A stretch of DNA of 63,994 nucleotides, counting the filler, from Globobulimina sp. (Eukaryota), in NCBI GenBank assembly GCA_003354225.1. It is 9 parts of 9 records of this genome, joined end to end, with 100 filler letters (N's around TTAATTAATTAA, not from the genome) between each part and the next. Parts side by side here need not be neighbours in the genome. Positions count along the whole stretch, not along the records: positions 57,169 to 63,994 come from PIVH01000231.1; 8 more parts are not named here. One strand, given 5' to 3'. Under the pieces are notes generated by a model. That model was not told where the DNA came from and searched no databases. It saw only the letters and a list, made by a program, of their open reading frames with translations. Positions within the stretch are counted from its first letter, which is position 1; every line of letters begins with the position of its first letter. The position numbers and the translations under genes were made by a program. Shown here piece after piece: positions 60,796 through 63,994 of this stretch.

Positions 60796-63700
60796 TTACG
60801 AGAATATTTTCGGACAATTTGGGATGGTGTGATTTGCGTCACCACAAAGACAATCATGATATCGCTCAACACCGCCATTTCTGCATCTTGGTCCTCTTGA
60901 GACACAATTTTCATTTGGCATATGATATGCAGCACAATATCGTCCTGTTAATTTACGTCTAAAATCCTCTTTTAATTTAGGACGTGTAGTTATCATCCAA
61001 TCCTTGAATCGTTGTACTCTCCGTTCCTTTTGTTCTGATGTCAATCGACCACCATTTGATTGACTCCGACTCATTAATTTATTGGGAATGCGATCAGATA
61101 CATTTACATTTTGAAGCGACTCATTTTGCGTATTATTGTCGTTCCGCAAATGTTTCTGCGTTTTTATGAATTTTACATGGTCATAATCTCGGAACATCAG
61201 TTGTAACCACATAGGGTCAACATAACGCGATCCTTTTTTCTCAATTTCCAAATTTGATCTAAGATGTGAGTCTTGTATTGCTATCACAATTGACTTTGTT
61301 TGCCTCATTGCAGTCTCCATTGATTCATTGATAAATAAATAAAATAATTGTTCATTTAATTGAACATCAAAAATTAATGTATTTAATGCAAATTTCCATT
61401 GTTGCCAATCATTTATTGCAACATTTAACATTCGATTATATCTCGCAATTTCATCCAATGGTTTTATACGGATCGCTTTCTTTTTATAAAGCACTTTCAT
61501 TGAACGTAATAATTCCGATTCGTTGTTATTTACATATAATTGCCATACATTCAGAAGACGGAGGACTTCATCGCCAAATAGGAAGATATTTCTCTTTTGT
61601 GTAAATATCGTATTTATTGTTGTTGTGGGATTTGCTCGGACCAAATGAGTTGAGTCCTTCGCATTTTTTAAGACTGCCAACATGATATCAGTGAATTGTT
61701 TGGGTGAACATCGCCAAATAAACATCAAAACATCAGTCTCCGCATCGTATCGTTTATCTTTTGCGGATTTTTTGCCTTTCTTTTTCTTCTTCGGAGTTTC
61801 ATCACTGTCATCCGATTCTATTTAAATCACAACAACAAAAACAATCAAATTCATTCTAAGATTATGATATTTTGTGTTGACCGGTAAACAACATTCAATG
61901 CACGGTATCACATTTTATATTGTTACCTATTGGTCAGATACACAACTTTTTATATTTTTAATTTACATTTTTACGATTTCTGAGTGATAAATTGTGAAAT
62001 TTTATGTATCACTCTCATTGTGAAGATATGATGAAAAAAACGTTTCTGATTCAACGTCTTACAAACAATACAAAAACGTTTTATTACTCCAACTAAAAAC
62101 GTTTTCGTTCTGAAATCTACGAATTTACTCAAAGTCTGACCAAAGCCATACAGTTAGATTGTATACAAACTCATTCTATACACGGCTCACATGTAAAGGA
62201 GACAGATCCACAAACCTTGAATATTATCGACAATCGCTTTGTTGCTACCGCTATTCATCATATCTTGATATACATTTTGGTGATTTGACACTTGTTGTTG
62301 TTTATTTGTATATTTGCCAATTAATTGAAAACCAAGTGTGGTTTTATGGACATGATACTCTTTACTCCACCTTTCCATTCCTCGTTGTGTGTCTTTCAAC
62401 ATTTCATCCACGGACTGTTTCTGTGGTGATTTCTGATTTGACGAATTCGAGTCTTGTTTTGATTGCATTATACCAAATTGATTGGATAATGTGTTTATTG
62501 CTGGGATGATATCTTTGGCCCATTCTGGACACTTTGAAGGAACGCGATATTTCGAACTGTCCTTCTTATCATTCTCTATTTCATCATCATCATCGGAATA
62601 AATCTCAATTAAACGGCGTTTTTTCTTCGGAGGGATATAATCCAAATCATCCCATGGATCACGAATTCGTTTCTCTGAGTTCTCTGCTTTATCACCAATG
62701 AATTTTATTTTTCCTTTCTTTGTTTGATATAATTCGCTCGGAATCACATCCAAATCCTTATAATTTTTGATACGTTCACCAGCTTTGTTTATATATCCTT
62801 TCTTTTCAAGGAATATGTACTGTTTATAATATGTGTCCACAATAACATTTTTTGTTTCGTCTTCACTCAAATTCAATAAACGAATAAATTTCTCGGCTGC
62901 TGGTGGTAAATGATAATAAACCCGATAATTTACCAAAAATTGTGTCATCCGATGATTATACGCATTAAATTTGTGCTTGACATCTCCATATTTGATGGAA
63001 TCCTTTTTCTCAAATTGTCCGATGTTTTGAATCATTTCTTTTCTGTATTTAATTACTTTTTTAATTCGGGCTTTCCAATCAGATTCATATTCTTTTGATT
63101 TGTCAGCCTTTACGAAATTCGAATCTTTGAATTTCTTTATTCGTTTTTTAATTTGATTCACATCGTTTCCACGCTTATTCGCATCGACTTCATCCTTTCT
63201 CTCAATTTGTATTATATCATCTTCCACATTAAAGACACTGTCATTGTCCGATTCTTGTTCATGAACTGGAGTCGCTTCCCGATCGTTGTCATTGCTCTTA
63301 CCATCACTGTCCGAAGAGTCTGCGTCTCGACCTATCGCATGTTGTGGTGGTACGTCATTGGGAGGATTTGGAAAATCCCAGTTATCGACGTGCGCACCAA
63401 TATCAATTTCGTTATCACGTTTATCCCAATTCCTCTTCCTTCTGACCGATAATTCCTTATCGAACCATAAATCATTTGCTAATAAATCCACAATTTGATT
63501 ATGTTGAGGTTTCTCATGATCTTCATGGTCTTCCTCAAATTTCAATGCTTTTTCATATGCATCATTGAGGTCAATGAGTTCCCCTTTAACACCATTGGAA
63601 TTTCCATATGGATTTATCAATTTCTGTTTAACCATCGCAGCAATGGCCGCTATGGTTTCACTTGAAATGCCACCTCTTTTTGCTGCAGATTTAATCGGTT

Positions 63701-63803
63701 TTATTATTAAATAATGACCAAATTCTGCCTCTGGTGGGTATTGGAATTGATCATTTGGTACATGTGTACCATTGACATAAGTGTGATTTGGCTGGTCTGC
63801 CAT
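60796..63803 (-). CDS. gag-like ORF1, two predicted exons (63803..62216 and 61817..60796), 869 aa, with C-terminal Cys/His zinc fingers
   Basis: ATG at 63803. Phase-1 intron 61818..62215 (CAAG|GTTTGT...TTTAAATAG|AA) joins ORFs 62187..63836 and 60796..61728 in frame. C-terminus CAAYHMPNENCVSRGPRC..HDCLCGDANHTIPNC. Confidence 0.75.
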
Positions 63804-63994
63804 CTGACGCTGAGGACTGCTTTGGTTAGTTTGCAAGTTTGCTTTTTGTTTACGACGACGGTATTGATGACTAGAGTGCTTTTTGAGTTTAGGTAAAATC
63901 TAAATATCAAAAACACTTTTGAACACAACAATAGTTTGTTCTCTTCTGTCATATTCAATACCGGGATGATTTCTGTAAACCGAAATATCCACAA

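Larger units (their letters stand above)
57169..63994 (-). mobile_element. tyrosine-recombinase retrotransposon (DIRS order, Ngaro-like order gag, RT/RNase H, YR); termini not visible
   Basis: Co-oriented zinc-finger gag-like ORF, RT-RNase H ORF and tyrosine recombinase ORF. No DDE integrase, aspartic protease or methyltransferase seen. Confidence 0.92.

Noticed and set aside
60796-60800. Splice donor at the end of gag (TC|GTAAAA) making a full gag-pol fusion
   Set aside because: It is phase 2, and joining it to the 60543 acceptor hits a stop within about ten codons.

Overview
This window is not contiguous DNA. It consists of nine unrelated contigs of about 7 kb, sorted by decreasing length and joined by artificial 100-nt spacers (44 N + TTAATTAATTAA + 44 N): 1-7083, 7184-14255, 14356-21420, 21521-28584, 28685-35717, 35818-42846, 42947-49961, 50062-57068 and 57169-63994. 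The DNA is nuclear and eukaryotic: AT-rich, with short GT-AG introns of mostly 54-79 nt, and genes for a BEACH protein, RhoGEFs, a CDK11-like kinase, Arf, a ubiquitin E2, a USP9/24/34-like protease, ADHFE1, AGXT with a PTS1 signal, ARSK and an RPA32-like protein. A protist source, possibly foraminiferan/rhizarian, is my inference only. The main discovery is on the last contig: an apparently intact tyrosine-recombinase (DIRS-order, Ngaro-like) retrotransposon with gag, RT/RNase H and YR ORFs. Its catalytic motifs are non-canonical (HIDD in RT, YCIR in YR). Its gag is split by a predicted 398-nt spliceosomal intron. The RT and YR frames have no ATG at their 5' ends, and each is preceded by an AG acceptor in the same phase as the gag donor. 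This suggests that all three proteins are made by alternative splicing of one shared 5' exon. Other notable items: a decayed LINE with RNase H downstream of its zinc knuckle, bracketed by a ~40-bp direct repeat; a sulfotransferase gene between 65-bp inverted repeats; an Arf GTPase ending in a CaaX box; a similar ~29-aa module inserted in both that Arf and the neighbouring E2; two MITE-like elements; a hidden CRE-like RT fragment; and several isolated frameshifts or in-frame stops in host genes. All family calls come from motif recognition by eye; no database searches were run.
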